Assembly: GCA_900548745.1 (NCBI GenBank)
Contig: URLQ01000001.1
Coordinates: 4,842-68,841 of the forward strand
Direction of reading: 5' to 3'
DNA: 64,000 nt
DNA from: an uncultured Prevotella sp.
GTDB lineage: Bacteria > Bacteroidota > Bacteroidia > Bacteroidales > Bacteroidaceae
Both the position numbers and the translations under genes were made by a program. Within the stretch, counting starts at the first letter, position 1, and each line of letters starts with the position of its first letter. Shown one piece after another: positions 9,658-20,854 of the stretch. The notes beneath the pieces are model-generated. The model did not search any database and was not told where the DNA came from. It saw only the letters and a program-made list of their open reading frames with translations.

Positions 9658-10929
9658 CTAAATATGATATTTATACTTCTTAGTGGCACGACGTGGAGTC
9701 ATACCTCCCGTCCCATAATCAGCAGCTCCGTCGTCAGTCACCGACGGACCGGTATACTGTGTGCCACGGTATTGTGCATAGCGTTGGCGGATACGGTCTA
9801 CATAATCCACGGTTTCGCTTCCACGCATATAGCCGTATCTTACAACCGGGTCGTTATAATACTGCGGCTGCTGCAGTTTCAACACATATGGCGCCACATG
9901 ACTCCAGCGACGAGGGTTTCCACCATACTTCGATGTCAGAGCCATAGCATCCCTGACATGGTTGGCACCTCCGTTATAACTTGCCAGGACGAAGCATCGT
10001 CTTTCTTCAGCAGAAGGTATGTCGCGGAAATGTCCCGACAGCTCCGCAAGAAGTCTTACAGCCGCTTCCACGCTCTTCTCCGGGTTGGTCATCTCCGAAC
10101 GTGGAAGTCCGAGATGGTCAGCCGTAGAAGGCATTATCTGCATCAGTCCGCAGGCTCCTGCCCATGAGCGCGCATTGGGGTCGAAGCAAGACTCCTGATA
10201 GCTTTGTGCCGCAAGCAGTCTCCAGTCCCATCTTGCCATTGGAGCATAGCGTCGGAAAAGGTGGTCATACCTTGATATCACCCCACCCTTTCTGTCAAGG
10301 AACGGAGCATAGACATGTCGCCTTACGCTTCTGGCAGAGAAGAGGAAGCGTTCCTCCTTCTTCACCTGCTCCATCATGGAGGGGGAATACCATTTGTCGA
10401 TGAGCGAGGCAAGTTCCGTACTGCCTTTTCCTACCGCCCATTGCGTATTTTGGGAATCCACTCCCGCTCCACAGAAAAGCAACCGGGAACAGAACTTCTT
10501 GGTCTTCGGCAACATATACATTATCATGTCCGCCTCTCCTTTTTCCAGACGGTCCACCATCTCCGCAGTATCTTTACACAATTCCACACGCAGCGACACC
10601 CCTAACTTCTGTGCAAACTTCTCGCACAGCAGATACTGTGTACCCACTCCATGACCATGATAGTCGAAATAGGTGTCAGGTCCCGACATGGTCAGTACTA
10701 TCATCTCGCCGTTAGACACTATGTCGTCTACAGAAAACAGTCCGTCGTCTGTCACCGTATCAGCCACCACCTCTCCCCAAGGCGCAACGACACGCTCACT
10801 TTTTTTGCCCGTACACGAAGAGGCCGCGACGCACAATATGTAGCATAATGAAGCACCAAGCATAATATAATTATGCGATTTGAAGGGATTGGTAATATTT
10901 TGATACCACATGGCAAATAGCTTTCTCAT
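9658..10929 (-). CDS. MltF-like lytic transglycosylase (substrate-binding-like domain plus SLT domain); start may be ATG 10863
   Basis: SLT motifs YQESCF, GACGLMQIMP, ASYNGG and ETVDYV. Confidence 0.88.
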   Translation of the reverse strand: MRKLFAMWYQNITNPFKSHNYIMLGASLCYILCVAASSCTGKKSERVVAPWGEVVADTVTDDGLFSVDDIVSNGEMIVLTMSGPDTYFDYHGHGVGTQYLLCEKFAQKLGVSLRVELCKDTAEMVDRLEKGEADMIMYMLPKTKKFCSRLLFCGAGVDSQNTQWAVGKGSTELASLIDKWYSPSMMEQVKKEERFLFSARSVRRHVYAPFLDRKGGVISRYDHLFRRYAPMARWDWRLLAAQSYQESCFDPNARSWAGACGLMQIMPSTADHLGLPRSEMTNPEKSVEAAVRLLAELSGHFRDIPSAEERRCFVLASYNGGANHVRDAMALTSKYGGNPRRWSHVAPYVLKLQQPQYYNDPVVRYGYMRGSETVDYVDRIRQRYAQYRGTQYTGPSVTDDGAADYGTGGMTPRRATKKYKYHI

Positions 10930-10979
10930 TACAAAGAATATTTATACTAAAATCATTTACTGCAATCAGCAATAATATA

Positions 10980-11027
10980 CAAAGATACACCTTTTCTTGC
11001 AGATATTACAATAAATCGCTAATTTTG
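10980..11027. promoter_or_regulatory. Divergent -7 promoter elements (mltF-like gene on minus, his operon on plus)
   Basis: CAAAGATA at 10980-10987 (rc TATCTTTG) and TAATTTTG at 11020-11027. Confidence 0.6.
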
Positions 11028-11309
11028 CGTTGATTTTATAAATCATATACGGTCAATATGGGTTGACAGCCGTATGTCATGCTCTTTCACCGGGGACATG
11101 CTGACAGTAGAAAAAATAGACGAGCAGACAAGTAGACAAGGGAATCTGCATTACTTGTATAAGGTTTGCGAACAGCGTTTATCAAGGAAAACCAATATCC
11201 TTGTCAACTCGTATCCTTGTCAACCCGTCTACTGTTGAGCAAGTTGAATACTGGCGAAAACAGAAATTAAGGAATATATATACACAATACACAAAAAGAA
11301 TAAAAGAAC

Positions 11310-12161
11310 ATGATTAGAATTGCTGTTCAGTCAAAGGGTCGTCTGGCGGACGACACAATGTATCTGCTTGATGAAGCAGACATAAAAATCAACGCGAAGC
11401 GGAGAACACTGCTCGTACAGTCGTCAAACTTCCCTCTCGAAGTGCTCTATCTGAGAGACGACGACATTCCGCAGAGCGTAAGCACCGGGGTGGCAGACCT
11501 CGGCATTGTGGGAGAAAACGAATACGTGGAGCGAGGCGGAAAAGCAGAAATCGTAAAGCGTCTTGGATTCAGCAAATGCAGACTCTCTCTTGCCATTCCC
11601 AAAGCCCTGGAATACAACGGACTGGAATGGTTTAACGGAAAGAAGATTGCTACATCATATCCTGTGATATTGCATGAGTTTCTTGAGAAGAACAATATAA
11701 AGGCAGAGATACACGTCATAACGGGAAGTGTGGAGATCAGTCCGGGCATCGGACTGGCTGATGCGATATTCGATATCGTAAGCAGCGGCTCAACACTGGT
11801 AAGCAACAATCTGAAAGAGGTGGAAGTGGTGATGAAGAGCGAGGCTCTGCTCATAGCCAACAAAAGTCTTTCTGACGAAAAGCGCACCATTCTCAACCAG
11901 ATGCTATTCCGTTTTGAGGCGGTGATGAATGCCGTGGACAAGAAATATGTGAGGATGAACGCTCCGAAAGCAAGTCTGAGAGCCATAATAGAAGTGTTGC
12001 CCGGACTGAAGAGTCCCACCATCATTCCTCTGGCTGATGACGACTGGTGCTCTATCCATACCGTGCTCGACGAGAAACGCTTCTGGGAGATAATCGGCAA
12101 GCTGAAGGAACTTGGAGCACAAGGAATACTCGTCACTCCGATAGAGAAGATGATTCTCTGA
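11310..12161 (+). CDS. hisG: ATP phosphoribosyltransferase (long form)
   Basis: IAVQSKGRL, LRDDDIP, IATSYP, GSVEI and DIVSSGSTL, plus C-terminal regulatory domain. Confidence 0.97.
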   Translation: MIRIAVQSKGRLADDTMYLLDEADIKINAKRRTLLVQSSNFPLEVLYLRDDDIPQSVSTGVADLGIVGENEYVERGGKAEIVKRLGFSKCRLSLAIPKALEYNGLEWFNGKKIATSYPVILHEFLEKNNIKAEIHVITGSVEISPGIGLADAIFDIVSSGSTLVSNNLKEVEVVMKSEALLIANKSLSDEKRTILNQMLFRFEAVMNAVDKKYVRMNAPKASLRAIIEVLPGLKSPTIIPLADDDWCSIHTVLDEKRFWEIIGKLKELGAQGILVTPIEKMIL

Positions 12162-12198
12162 CAACAGCCTCAACAATTCAAACAAATAGATATGCAGC

Positions 12199-13488
12199 AT
12201 GAATATAATAGAATATCCGGAAAGGGAACAATGGGCAGAGATAACACACCGCCCTCATATAGATACAACGCAGCTGTACGACACCGTAAACGAAGTGCTC
12301 AGCGACATAAGGGCAAACGGTGATTCGGCAGTAATGAAATATGAAGAAAGATTTGACCATGTCAGGCTGTCAGGTCTGAAGGTGTCTGAAGAGGAAATCA
12401 AGGAGGCTCTCGACAACACTCCCAAGGAGCTGGTAGATGCCATACGCCTGGCACACGCCAATATCAAAAAGTTCCATCAGGCACAAGCGTTTTCCGGTAT
12501 CGACACCGAGACACAGCCCGGAGTAAGATGCTGGCAGAGAAGTGTGCCCATCGACAAAGTGGGACTATACATCCCCGGCGGCACCGCCCCGTTGTTCTCC
12601 ACAGTACTGATGCTTGCCACCCCTGCCGTAATAGCAGGATGCAAGGACATCATCCTCTGTTCTCCGCCAGATGCGGAGGGAAAGATAAACGGAGCCATCC
12701 TGTGTGCCGCCCACGTGGCAGGAGTGAAACATATATATAAAGTAGGTGGTGTGCAAGCTATCGGCGCCATGGCGTACGGAACGGAAAGCGTGCCTAAGGT
12801 ATATAAGATCTTCGGTCCCGGCAACCAGTACGTAATGGCTGCCAAGCAGGTAGTGAGCGTGCATGATGTAGCAATAGACATGCCTGCTGGCCCGTCGGAA
12901 GTATGTGTGGTGGCAGACGATACAAGCAATCCTGTCTTTGTGGCTGCCGACCTGCTCTCACAGGCAGAACACGGTCCAGACTCACAGGTAATGCTCATCT
13001 CCACATCAAGAGAGCTGTTCCACAAGGTAGAGAAAGAACTTGCCAGCCAGCTTGCCGTACTGCCAAGAAAGGAGTTTGCCGAGAAGTCACTTGCCAACAG
13101 CAAGTTCGTCCTTGTACACGATGCCGAGGAGGCAATGGCGTTCTCCAACGCATACGCACCGGAGCATCTTATAATATCCACCGACGACTATGAGCCACTG
13201 TGCGATATGGTAAGGAATGCAGGCAGCGTATTCCTCGGCAAATACGCCTGTGAGAGTGCCGGAGACTATGCCAGCGGCACCAACCACACCTTGCCTACCC
13301 ACGGCTACGCAACGGCATACAGCGGAGTGAACCTCGACAGTTTCTGCAAGAAGATTACCTACCAGCATCTGTCGGCTGAGGGAATAAGAAGTATAGGCCA
13401 CGCCGTAGAGCTGATGGCAGAAAACGAATCGCTCTTTGCACACAAGAATGCAATGACACTAAGAATTAACGAATTAAACAACAGATAA
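12199..13488 (+). CDS. hisD: Histidinol dehydrogenase
   Basis: [28 protein letters not shown] and [13 protein letters not shown]. Confidence 0.97.
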   Translation: MNIIEYPEREQWAEITHRPHIDTTQLYDTVNEVLSDIRANGDSAVMKYEERFDHVRLSGLKVSEEEIKEALDNTPKELVDAIRLAHANIKKFHQAQAFSGIDTETQPGVRCWQRSVPIDKVGLYIPGGTAPLFSTVLMLATPAVIAGCKDIILCSPPDAEGKINGAILCAAHVAGVKHIYKVGGVQAIGAMAYGTESVPKVYKIFGPGNQYVMAAKQVVSVHDVAIDMPAGPSEVCVVADDTSNPVFVAADLLSQAEHGPDSQVMLISTSRELFHKVEKELASQLAVLPRKEFAEKSLANSKFVLVHDAEEAMAFSNAYAPEHLIISTDDYEPLCDMVRNAGSVFLGKYACESAGDYASGTNHTLPTHGYATAYSGVNLDSFCKKITYQHLSAEGIRSIGHAVELMAENESLFAHKNAMTLRINELNNR

Positions 13489-13489
13489 A

Positions 13490-14545
13490 ATGAAAGACCT
13501 CAACTTGCTTCTACGCAAGAACATACAAGACCTCGAGCCATACAGCTGTGCCCGAAACGAGTATAGCGGCAAGGGAGCAAAAGTTTTTCTTGACGCTAAC
13601 GAGAATCCATACAACTCTCCGATAAACAGATATCCGGATCCTTTGCAGAAAGACATCAAGGAGAAGATTTCCCGACTGAAGAGAGTACATCCGGAATGTA
13701 TCTTCCTCGGCAATGGTTCCGACGAGGCCATCGATCTTGTCTACCGCTGCTTCTGCGAACCGCGCATCGACAATGTCGTTGCCATTGAACCGACCTACGG
13801 GATGTATAAGGTTTGTGCCGACATCAATGATGTGGAATATCGGAAAGTATTGCTCGACGAGAACTTCCAGTTATCTGCCAACCATATCCTTAACTCCTGC
13901 GACGAGCACACCAAAGTAGTGTGGCTCTGCTCTCCTAACAATCCTACGGGCAATGAACTTGACAGAGGCGAGGTGGAGAAAATATTACAGGAGTTTGAAG
14001 GCATCGTTGTCGTTGACGAGGCTTACTCCGATTTCTCTCACGTCCAGCCGCTGCGTCTTGAGCTGCATAAGCATCCCAACCTTATAGTACTCAACACTTT
14101 CAGCAAGGCATGGGGATGCGCCGGACTACGCCTTGGCATGGCTTTCGCCTATCAGGAAATCATCGAAGCCTTCAACAAGGTGAAATATCCTTATAACGTG
14201 AACATACTCACTCAGGAGCGTATCAGGCAGCAACTCGACAACCATTGGGACGTAGACAAATGGGTGAGCATACTGCTGATGGAAAGAGAGAACATGGTGG
14301 AGGCTTTCAAACTTCTTCATTCATGCAAGAAGGTCTACCCTACCGACGCCAACTTCTTTCTTGCCAAGATGGAGAATGCCGATGTCATATACCAGTATCT
14401 CAAGGACAATGGTATTATCGTGCGCAACCGCAGCAACGTAGCTCTCTGCGAGGACTGCCTCCGAATAACCGTAGGAAGCAAGTCCGAGAATGCGGAACTA
14501 CTGTCCGTACTAAGAAAATATGACGAACAAAACGATAATAAATAA
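13490..14545 (+). CDS. hisC: Histidinol-phosphate aminotransferase
   Basis: [25 protein letters not shown] and TFSKAWG.AGLRLG. Confidence 0.97.
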   Translation: MKDLNLLLRKNIQDLEPYSCARNEYSGKGAKVFLDANENPYNSPINRYPDPLQKDIKEKISRLKRVHPECIFLGNGSDEAIDLVYRCFCEPRIDNVVAIEPTYGMYKVCADINDVEYRKVLLDENFQLSANHILNSCDEHTKVVWLCSPNNPTGNELDRGEVEKILQEFEGIVVVDEAYSDFSHVQPLRLELHKHPNLIVLNTFSKAWGCAGLRLGMAFAYQEIIEAFNKVKYPYNVNILTQERIRQQLDNHWDVDKWVSILLMERENMVEAFKLLHSCKKVYPTDANFFLAKMENADVIYQYLKDNGIIVRNRSNVALCEDCLRITVGSKSENAELLSVLRKYDEQNDNK

Positions 14546-14554
14546 GCAACAAAG

Positions 14555-14860
14555 ATGTATTTTACAGGAATAATAATCGCCGTTATGGCACTGTTGATAA
14601 TAGGAATATTCCATCCTATAGTGATAAAGACGGAATACTACACCGGAGTGAAGTTCTGGTGGGTATTTCTCCTTCTCGGCATTGCATGCATTGCCAGCGC
14701 ACTCTTTGTGGAAAACACTATAGCTTCTGCCGCCCTCGGTCTCACCGGAGCATCGCTGCTATGGAGCATACTGGAGCTGTTTGAACAGAGAGAGAGAGTG
14801 AGAAAAGGATGGTTCCCCATGAACCCGAAGCGGAAACATGAGTATTCCGACAAGAAATAA
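14555..14860 (+). CDS. Small membrane protein (DUF4491-like)
   Basis: IGIFHPIVIKTEYY and ELFEQRERVRKGWFPMNP; three hydrophobic segments. Confidence 0.8.
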   Translation: MYFTGIIIAVMALLIIGIFHPIVIKTEYYTGVKFWWVFLLLGIACIASALFVENTIASAALGLTGASLLWSILELFEQRERVRKGWFPMNPKRKHEYSDKK

Positions 14861-14885
14861 ATACAGCAAGAGGACATCATAGATT

Positions 14886-15356
14886 ATGAAGACAAAACTA
14901 ATTGTTGTAGGCAAGACCGTTGACAAGAATATAATCAAAGGCATTGAGGACTACGTAGGCAGGATTGGTCATTATATGCCTTTTGAGATTATCGTCATAC
15001 CCGAACTGAAGAATACGAAGAAGCTGTCTACGGCAAGTCAGAAGGACATGGAGGGCGAGCTTATCCTAAAACAGCTGCAACCCTCTGACACGGTGGTACT
15101 TCTCGACGAGCACGGCAAGGAATACCGGAGCATAGAGTTTGCCTCATGGATAGAGAAGCAGCAGCAGACAGCACGCACCTTAGTGTTCGTCGTCGGAGGG
15201 CCGTATGGTTTCTCCGATGCGGTATATGCCCGGTCAAACAGTAAGCTGTCGCTATCAAAGATGACATTCTCCCATCAGATGATACGCCTGCTGTTCGTAG
15301 AGCAGATATACAGGGCATGCACTATAATAAAAGGTGAGCCATATCACCACGAATAA
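14886..15356 (+). CDS. rlmH: 23S rRNA pseudouridine-1915 N3-methyltransferase
   Basis: FVVGGPYG and LSKMTFSHQMIRL...EQIYRA...GEPYH. Confidence 0.96.
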   Translation: MKTKLIVVGKTVDKNIIKGIEDYVGRIGHYMPFEIIVIPELKNTKKLSTASQKDMEGELILKQLQPSDTVVLLDEHGKEYRSIEFASWIEKQQQTARTLVFVVGGPYGFSDAVYARSNSKLSLSKMTFSHQMIRLLFVEQIYRACTIIKGEPYHHE

Positions 15357-17487
15357 CATTTCCGGCAACAAAAGAGAAAGGGAAAAACATTTGCGCATAA
15401 CATCCTCAAGAAGATATCTTGCACTACTGTTTATGGCAATACAAGGGCTGACAGCCCTCTGCATACCGCCCAACGCCTTCGGCAGTCTGTCTGTCGATAG
15501 CGTGATAAAGCGTATTACCCTTTATCACGACAGTGTGTCACAATGTCCTTCCCAAAAAGTTACAACAAACATCTATGCCGGCTTTCACATAAACGTAGAC
15601 AAGAGGAACAGTACCATGATGCTGATTCCCTCAATGTATAGCATAGCGAAAGGTGACAGGGAATACGTGACGGAATTCTACACCACCTTGACTCTGGAAG
15701 GCGGCAAGGTGAAGGAAGTTGATACGAAAGTCAGCACAGGCACTGTGCCCAAGAACCGCGATGTAATGACGATAATGAAGCAGTTTGCACTGCCTACAAT
15801 ATATAGAGAAACCATCTATGGGGAATACCTTCTGTCGCCTTGCAACAAATACAACCGTAAGGTATACCGATACCGCATAACCAAGCTTACGGCAGGGCGT
15901 GCAGAGGTCGTGTTCAGACCCAAGGTAAGAAACACACAACTCGTAAGCGGTAAATTCATCATGGATCTCAACACCGGAAAGATTCTTTCAATAAAATTCC
16001 GTGGCGAGCTCGACATGGTAAAGTTCATCGTCAGTCTTAAGATGAGTTCTGACGACAATATGCCTTTGTCGCCAAAGACAAGTCATACCAACATTAAATT
16101 CAGTTTCCTCGGTAACAAGACAAGAACCCAGTGCATCACTTACTATAACTGCCAGAAGCAGCTCCCGACAACAATTCACGACAGCCACGACCGTAGTCTG
16201 ATGGACAGTCTGCGCCCTATAAGACTCAGTCCGGCTATGGAGAAGGTATACGAAAGGAAGTTCGGCTCAAAGTTATATATTGTAGACACAACCGACAGTA
16301 TCACCCCGAATACAGACGACAGCACAGCAACTGACAGCGTACAGCAATACGAGCCGATGACAACCAACAGCAAGTTCCTTAATAAGCTCGGTGACTATTT
16401 CATAGAAAGGATAAAAGGAAGTTTCGGAACGAAAGCACAGGGAAGCTACCGCTTGTCGCCGCTCATAAACCCTCTCTATTTAGGATACAGCAACAAGAAA
16501 GGCATTACCTACAAGATGAAGCTCAATGCCGGATACAACTTCAACGACATATCAAACATCAGCATGACTGTAAATGCCGGTTATTCTTTCAAGCAGCGAC
16601 AGCTGTACACCAAGATTCCTATGCGCTATACCATCAACAGGAAACTGTATGTGGAAACACAGTTCGGAATAGGAAACCGCATCACTTCATCTGAAATCCT
16701 CGACCGTATAAAGCACGAGAAATACGACTCCATAAGATGGGACGAGATGAATCTCAACTATTTCAAGGATATGTACTGGAAGATAAAGTCGAAATATTCC
16801 TTCAACAATAAATGGAGCATCATACCGGGAATAGCATACCACCGACGCTCCGCAGTGGACAAAAGCGGATTCATCCTCTCTGGCGAACCGCACAAATACC
16901 ACTCCTTCGCTCCGCTCATCAAGTTGCAATACAGTCCTCTTGCAGAGCGCGGCCCAATAATCAGCATCGACTACGAACGGGGAATAAAGGGAGTGATACA
17001 CTCCAACACCAACTATGAACGCGTTGAAACCGACGTGGCATGGAAGAAAGAACTACATCGCATGAGACTATTCTCCATGAAAGTAGGCTACGGACTATAC
17101 ACATCAAGAAGCAAAGGAGCATATTTCCTCGACTACACCAACTTCCACTATGAGAACATTCCCGGCGGATGGGACGACGACTGGACAGGAGAGTTCCAGC
17201 TGCTGAACAGCAACTGGTATAATGCGTCGAGGTATTACCTTAGGGGGAACTTCACCTATGAGTCGCCACTGCTTATCCTGTCAAAGCTGCCTCTCGTAGG
17301 GCGATATATAGAAATGGAAAGGATATACTCCAACATACTGTTTACGGACCAGCTCCACCCATACATAGAATGTGGGTATGGCATGACTAATAAATGGTTC
17401 TCTACCGGAGCATTCTTCTCTGTAAGCAACAAGAAGTTCGGCGAAGTGGGAATAAGGTTCGGACTGGAACTCTTCAGAGACTGGTAA
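15334..17487 (+). CDS. Putative outer-membrane beta-barrel protein (DUF5686-like); true start probably downstream, e.g. TTG 15391
   Basis: Signal-like N-terminus, amphipathic beta strands, aromatic C-terminus (FGLELFRDW). Confidence 0.7.
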   Translation: MSHITTNNISGNKREREKHLRITSSRRYLALLFMAIQGLTALCIPPNAFGSLSVDSVIKRITLYHDSVSQCPSQKVTTNIYAGFHINVDKRNSTMMLIPSMYSIAKGDREYVTEFYTTLTLEGGKVKEVDTKVSTGTVPKNRDVMTIMKQFALPTIYRETIYGEYLLSPCNKYNRKVYRYRITKLTAGRAEVVFRPKVRNTQLVSGKFIMDLNTGKILSIKFRGELDMVKFIVSLKMSSDDNMPLSPKTSHTNIKFSFLGNKTRTQCITYYNCQKQLPTTIHDSHDRSLMDSLRPIRLSPAMEKVYERKFGSKLYIVDTTDSITPNTDDSTATDSVQQYEPMTTNSKFLNKLGDYFIERIKGSFGTKAQGSYRLSPLINPLYLGYSNKKGITYKMKLNAGYNFNDISNISMTVNAGYSFKQRQLYTKIPMRYTINRKLYVETQFGIGNRITSSEILDRIKHEKYDSIRWDEMNLNYFKDMYWKIKSKYSFNNKWSIIPGIAYHRRSAVDKSGFILSGEPHKYHSFAPLIKLQYSPLAERGPIISIDYERGIKGVIHSNTNYERVETDVAWKKELHRMRLFSMKVGYGLYTSRSKGAYFLDYTNFHYENIPGGWDDDWTGEFQLLNSNWYNASRYYLRGNFTYESPLLILSKLPLVGRYIEMERIYSNILFTDQLHPYIECGYGMTNKWFSTGAFFSVSNKKFGEVGIRFGLELFRDW

Positions 17488-17596
17488 CATACCCACGCCT
17501 ACAGGTCTTCAACATGCAAGACCGATGACAAAAAGACAAGCAAATGAGGAAACAAGGAAGCTCCACTTCCCTTAATATAATTATAAAACAAAAGAC

Positions 17597-20500
17597 ATGA
17601 GCTCTCTCACAGTATATAAAGCAAGCGCAGGTAGCGGCAAGACGTTTACACTTGCCGTCGAATACATAAAGTTTCTAATAAAGAACCCAACGGAATACAG
17701 AAACATTCTTGCCGTGACCTTTACCAACAAAGCTACCGACGAGATGAAGACCCGAATCCTTGGACAACTCTTCGGTATAGCCAATTCTCTTGGAGAGTCT
17801 GACGACTATCTGAAGAAGATAGCAGAAGAGACACACTCGGAGATAGATGAAGTAAGACAAACGGCACAGCTCGCCATCAGGCTACTCATCCACAACTACG
17901 ACTATTTCCACGTGGAGACAATAGATACTTTCTTCCAAAGCGTATTGAGAAACCTCGCAAAGGAACTGGATCTCTCCGCTAACCTTAGAATAGAACTCAA
18001 CGATACTGCCGTTGAGCAACAGGCTGTTGACCAGATGATTGAAGACCTGGACAGCAAGTCACCGCTCTTCTTGTGGCTCATGAAATACATTATGGACAAT
18101 ATCGATGAGAACAAGGGATGGAATGTGTTGCGCTCCGTGAAGGAATTCGGCAAGATGATATTCAACGATGACTACCGCAGGGAGAGCAAAAGCATTAGCG
18201 AGACACTTTCAAAGAAAGGATTCATCACGGAATACAGAAAGGAACTGACTCTGCTGAAAGCCAAGTCAAGAGAGGACCTGAAAGCTGTAAAGGAACAGTT
18301 CTTCAACACCATCGGAGAAGCAGGCATCGCCACTGATGACCTCGCAGGAGGTAAGTCGAGAGGCATACACAGATACTTTGAACGACTCACCAACGACAGT
18401 CTTGACGACAAAGACTTCATGCCGAAGACTGTGGAGAAGCACCTTGGCGGTGCTGACAACTGGAGCTCTAAAAGCAACAAGAACCGACAGACCATCATAT
18501 CGCTGGCAGAAACAACACTCATACCGTTGCTCGAAAAGGCGGAGAACCTTAGACATGAAGCACAATTCACGGTATGCTCCGTTGATGCCACATTGCAGAA
18601 CATCAACAATCTGCGGCTGCTCAACAACATTGAAAAGAGAGTACACGAGATGAACATTGAGGCTAACCGCTTCCTGCTTAGTGACACTCAGCACCTGCTA
18701 CGCCTTATGGTTGACGACACGGACTCTCCCTTCATCTTCGAAAAGATAGGCACAAGACTGGAACACATCATGATTGATGAGTTTCAGGATACAAGTACCG
18801 TGCAATGGGAGAACTTCAAAATCCTACTTAACGAATGCATGAGCCACTGCAACAACAGTGGTACGGAGGTTAACAACCTTGTTGTAGGTGACATCAAGCA
18901 AAGTATCTACAGATGGAGGTCGGGCGACTGGCGGTTGCTAAACGACATTAACGGCAGCTTCCCCGAAAGGAATCTTGACATCAGGGAGCTGAAGACCAAC
19001 TACAGGTCGGCGGAGAACATCGTCCGCTTCAACAATGTCTTCTTCAAGATTGCCGTTGAAGCTGAAGCTGAAGCCGAGCAAAAGATTAGCGAGACGGAAG
19101 CCATGCTGATAAAAGCTGCGTACAAAGACGTTAAACAAGAAATCGGCAAGCAAAGCGACAACGGGCTTATAAGGATGCAGCTGCTGAAGAATGCTGACTA
19201 CGAGTGCCGTATGCTCGAAGAACTGGAAAGCACCATTGATGAGATAAGAAGCAAAGGCGTGCCACAGCAGAAGATAGCGATACTGCTCAGGTCAAATAAG
19301 TATATCCCACTGATTGCCAACTATTTCACAGAAAAGCGCCCAGACGTGACCATCGTGAGTGACGAAGCCTTCAGACTGGACCGTTCCATTGCCATCAACA
19401 CCATCGTGGCTGCTCTGAGATTCCTTCACGACAGCGACGACAAGATTACGAAGGCATGCCTGATAAAATACTACAGACAGAACGTGAAGCAAGAGGATAT
19501 TCCTCTCTTTGACATGCTGCAGGATATGGACAGCATGGAATTCCTGCCAAAAGACTTTGCCGACAACATCGGCATGCTAAAGGAATTACCGCTCTACGAC
19601 CTCGTGGAAAAGCTTTATGCCATATTCCATCTCGACGAACTGCAAAACGAAAATGCCTATGTATGTGCTTTCTTCGACTATCTGTCAACATACATCAACG
19701 ATATGTCGGCTGACCTTACCGGATTCCTGCAAGAGTGGGATGACAACATGCATGCAAAGAAAATACAGACTGACGAGGCGGACGGCATACAGCTTATCAG
19801 TATACACAAGAGCAAGGGACTGGAGTTTGACAATGTCATAGTGCCGTTCTGCAACTGGAAGCTGGAGATGTATCAAGGAAACTATATATGGTGCAGACCG
19901 CAGACGCTGCCTTACAGCAAGATTCCATTGATACCGATAAACTACAGTCCGAAACTCGCCAACTCCATCTATGCCGACGACTACAAGAAGGAGCACATGC
20001 AGAACACCATAGACAACTTGAACCTTCTCTATGTGGCTTTCACAAGGGCGGGGAAAAACCTCTTCGTGATAGGAAAGCGAGATGACAGAAACTCACGCTC
20101 CGCTCTCTTGCAAAACACCATAAAGAAGCTTCCAGAGGAACTTAATGACACAACGCTTGAGGGTATGGATGACAAAGATGATGACATATTCTTTGAATAC
20201 GGCGAATTTGCTGAAAGCAATGTCTCGAAAGAGAAGAAGACAACGGAAAACGTATTCCTGCAGCCTGACAGGAAGATAGATGCCACACTGGAAACATACG
20301 ACATTCCGATTGTGTTCAGACAAAGCAACAAGAGCAAGGACTTTATCGCCCAGGCAGAAGGGGAAGAACAGACTGCCAGCTCGTTCATAAAGATTGGCAA
20401 TATCCTGCACCAGGTGTTCTCTAACATACAGACTGCTGACGACATTCCGCAAGTGCTCGACCGCTTTGAACAAGACGGCATCCTCTACGGTGAAGACCTG

Positions 20501-20833
20501 AACAGGGAAAAGCTGCAGAAGATGCTCTCCGAATATATCTCTACAAACGAGATGGTGGCGGACTGGTTCTCGCCACACTGGAAACTGTACAACGAATGTA
20601 GCATACTTACAACAGACAAGAATACCGGAGAGGTTTGCGAACGCAGACCTGACAGAGTAATGAAAGACGGAAACAGGGTTGTTGTGGTTGACTTCAAATT
20701 CGGAAAGATGAACGATAAGTATATCGGTCAGGTAAGAGAATACATGCAACTCCTCCACAACATGGGATATCCCGACGTAAAAGGATTCCTGTGGTTCGTA
20801 AGAAAGGGCATAATAAAAGAAGTGACATTATAA
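17597..20833 (+). CDS. AddA/RecB-like UvrD helicase-nuclease
   Basis: ASAGSGKT, VTFTNKA, IDEFQD, VGDIKQSIYRWR, IHKSKGLEF and YVAFTRA; C-terminal nuclease RPDR...VVDFK. Confidence 0.93.
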   Translation: MSSLTVYKASAGSGKTFTLAVEYIKFLIKNPTEYRNILAVTFTNKATDEMKTRILGQLFGIANSLGESDDYLKKIAEETHSEIDEVRQTAQLAIRLLIHNYDYFHVETIDTFFQSVLRNLAKELDLSANLRIELNDTAVEQQAVDQMIEDLDSKSPLFLWLMKYIMDNIDENKGWNVLRSVKEFGKMIFNDDYRRESKSISETLSKKGFITEYRKELTLLKAKSREDLKAVKEQFFNTIGEAGIATDDLAGGKSRGIHRYFERLTNDSLDDKDFMPKTVEKHLGGADNWSSKSNKNRQTIISLAETTLIPLLEKAENLRHEAQFTVCSVDATLQNINNLRLLNNIEKRVHEMNIEANRFLLSDTQHLLRLMVDDTDSPFIFEKIGTRLEHIMIDEFQDTSTVQWENFKILLNECMSHCNNSGTEVNNLVVGDIKQSIYRWRSGDWRLLNDINGSFPERNLDIRELKTNYRSAENIVRFNNVFFKIAVEAEAEAEQKISETEAMLIKAAYKDVKQEIGKQSDNGLIRMQLLKNADYECRMLEELESTIDEIRSKGVPQQKIAILLRSNKYIPLIANYFTEKRPDVTIVSDEAFRLDRSIAINTIVAALRFLHDSDDKITKACLIKYYRQNVKQEDIPLFDMLQDMDSMEFLPKDFADNIGMLKELPLYDLVEKLYAIFHLDELQNENAYVCAFFDYLSTYINDMSADLTGFLQEWDDNMHAKKIQTDEADGIQLISIHKSKGLEFDNVIVPFCNWKLEMYQGNYIWCRPQTLPYSKIPLIPINYSPKLANSIYADDYKKEHMQNTIDNLNLLYVAFTRAGKNLFVIGKRDDRNSRSALLQNTIKKLPEELNDTTLEGMDDKDDDIFFEYGEFAESNVSKEKKTTENVFLQPDRKIDATLETYDIPIVFRQSNKSKDFIAQAEGEEQTASSFIKIGNILHQVFSNIQTADDIPQVLDRFEQDGILYGEDLNREKLQKMLSEYISTNEMVADWFSPHWKLYNECSILTTDKNTGEVCERRPDRVMKDGNRVVVVDFKFGKMNDKYIGQVREYMQLLHNMGYPDVKGFLWFVRKGIIKEVTL

Positions 20834-20854
20834 TCAACGTTAATCAGAAAGACA

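Noticed and set aside
11074..11238. Classical His leader peptide or T-box
   Set aside because: No run of His codons in the uORFs and no recognisable T-box motif.
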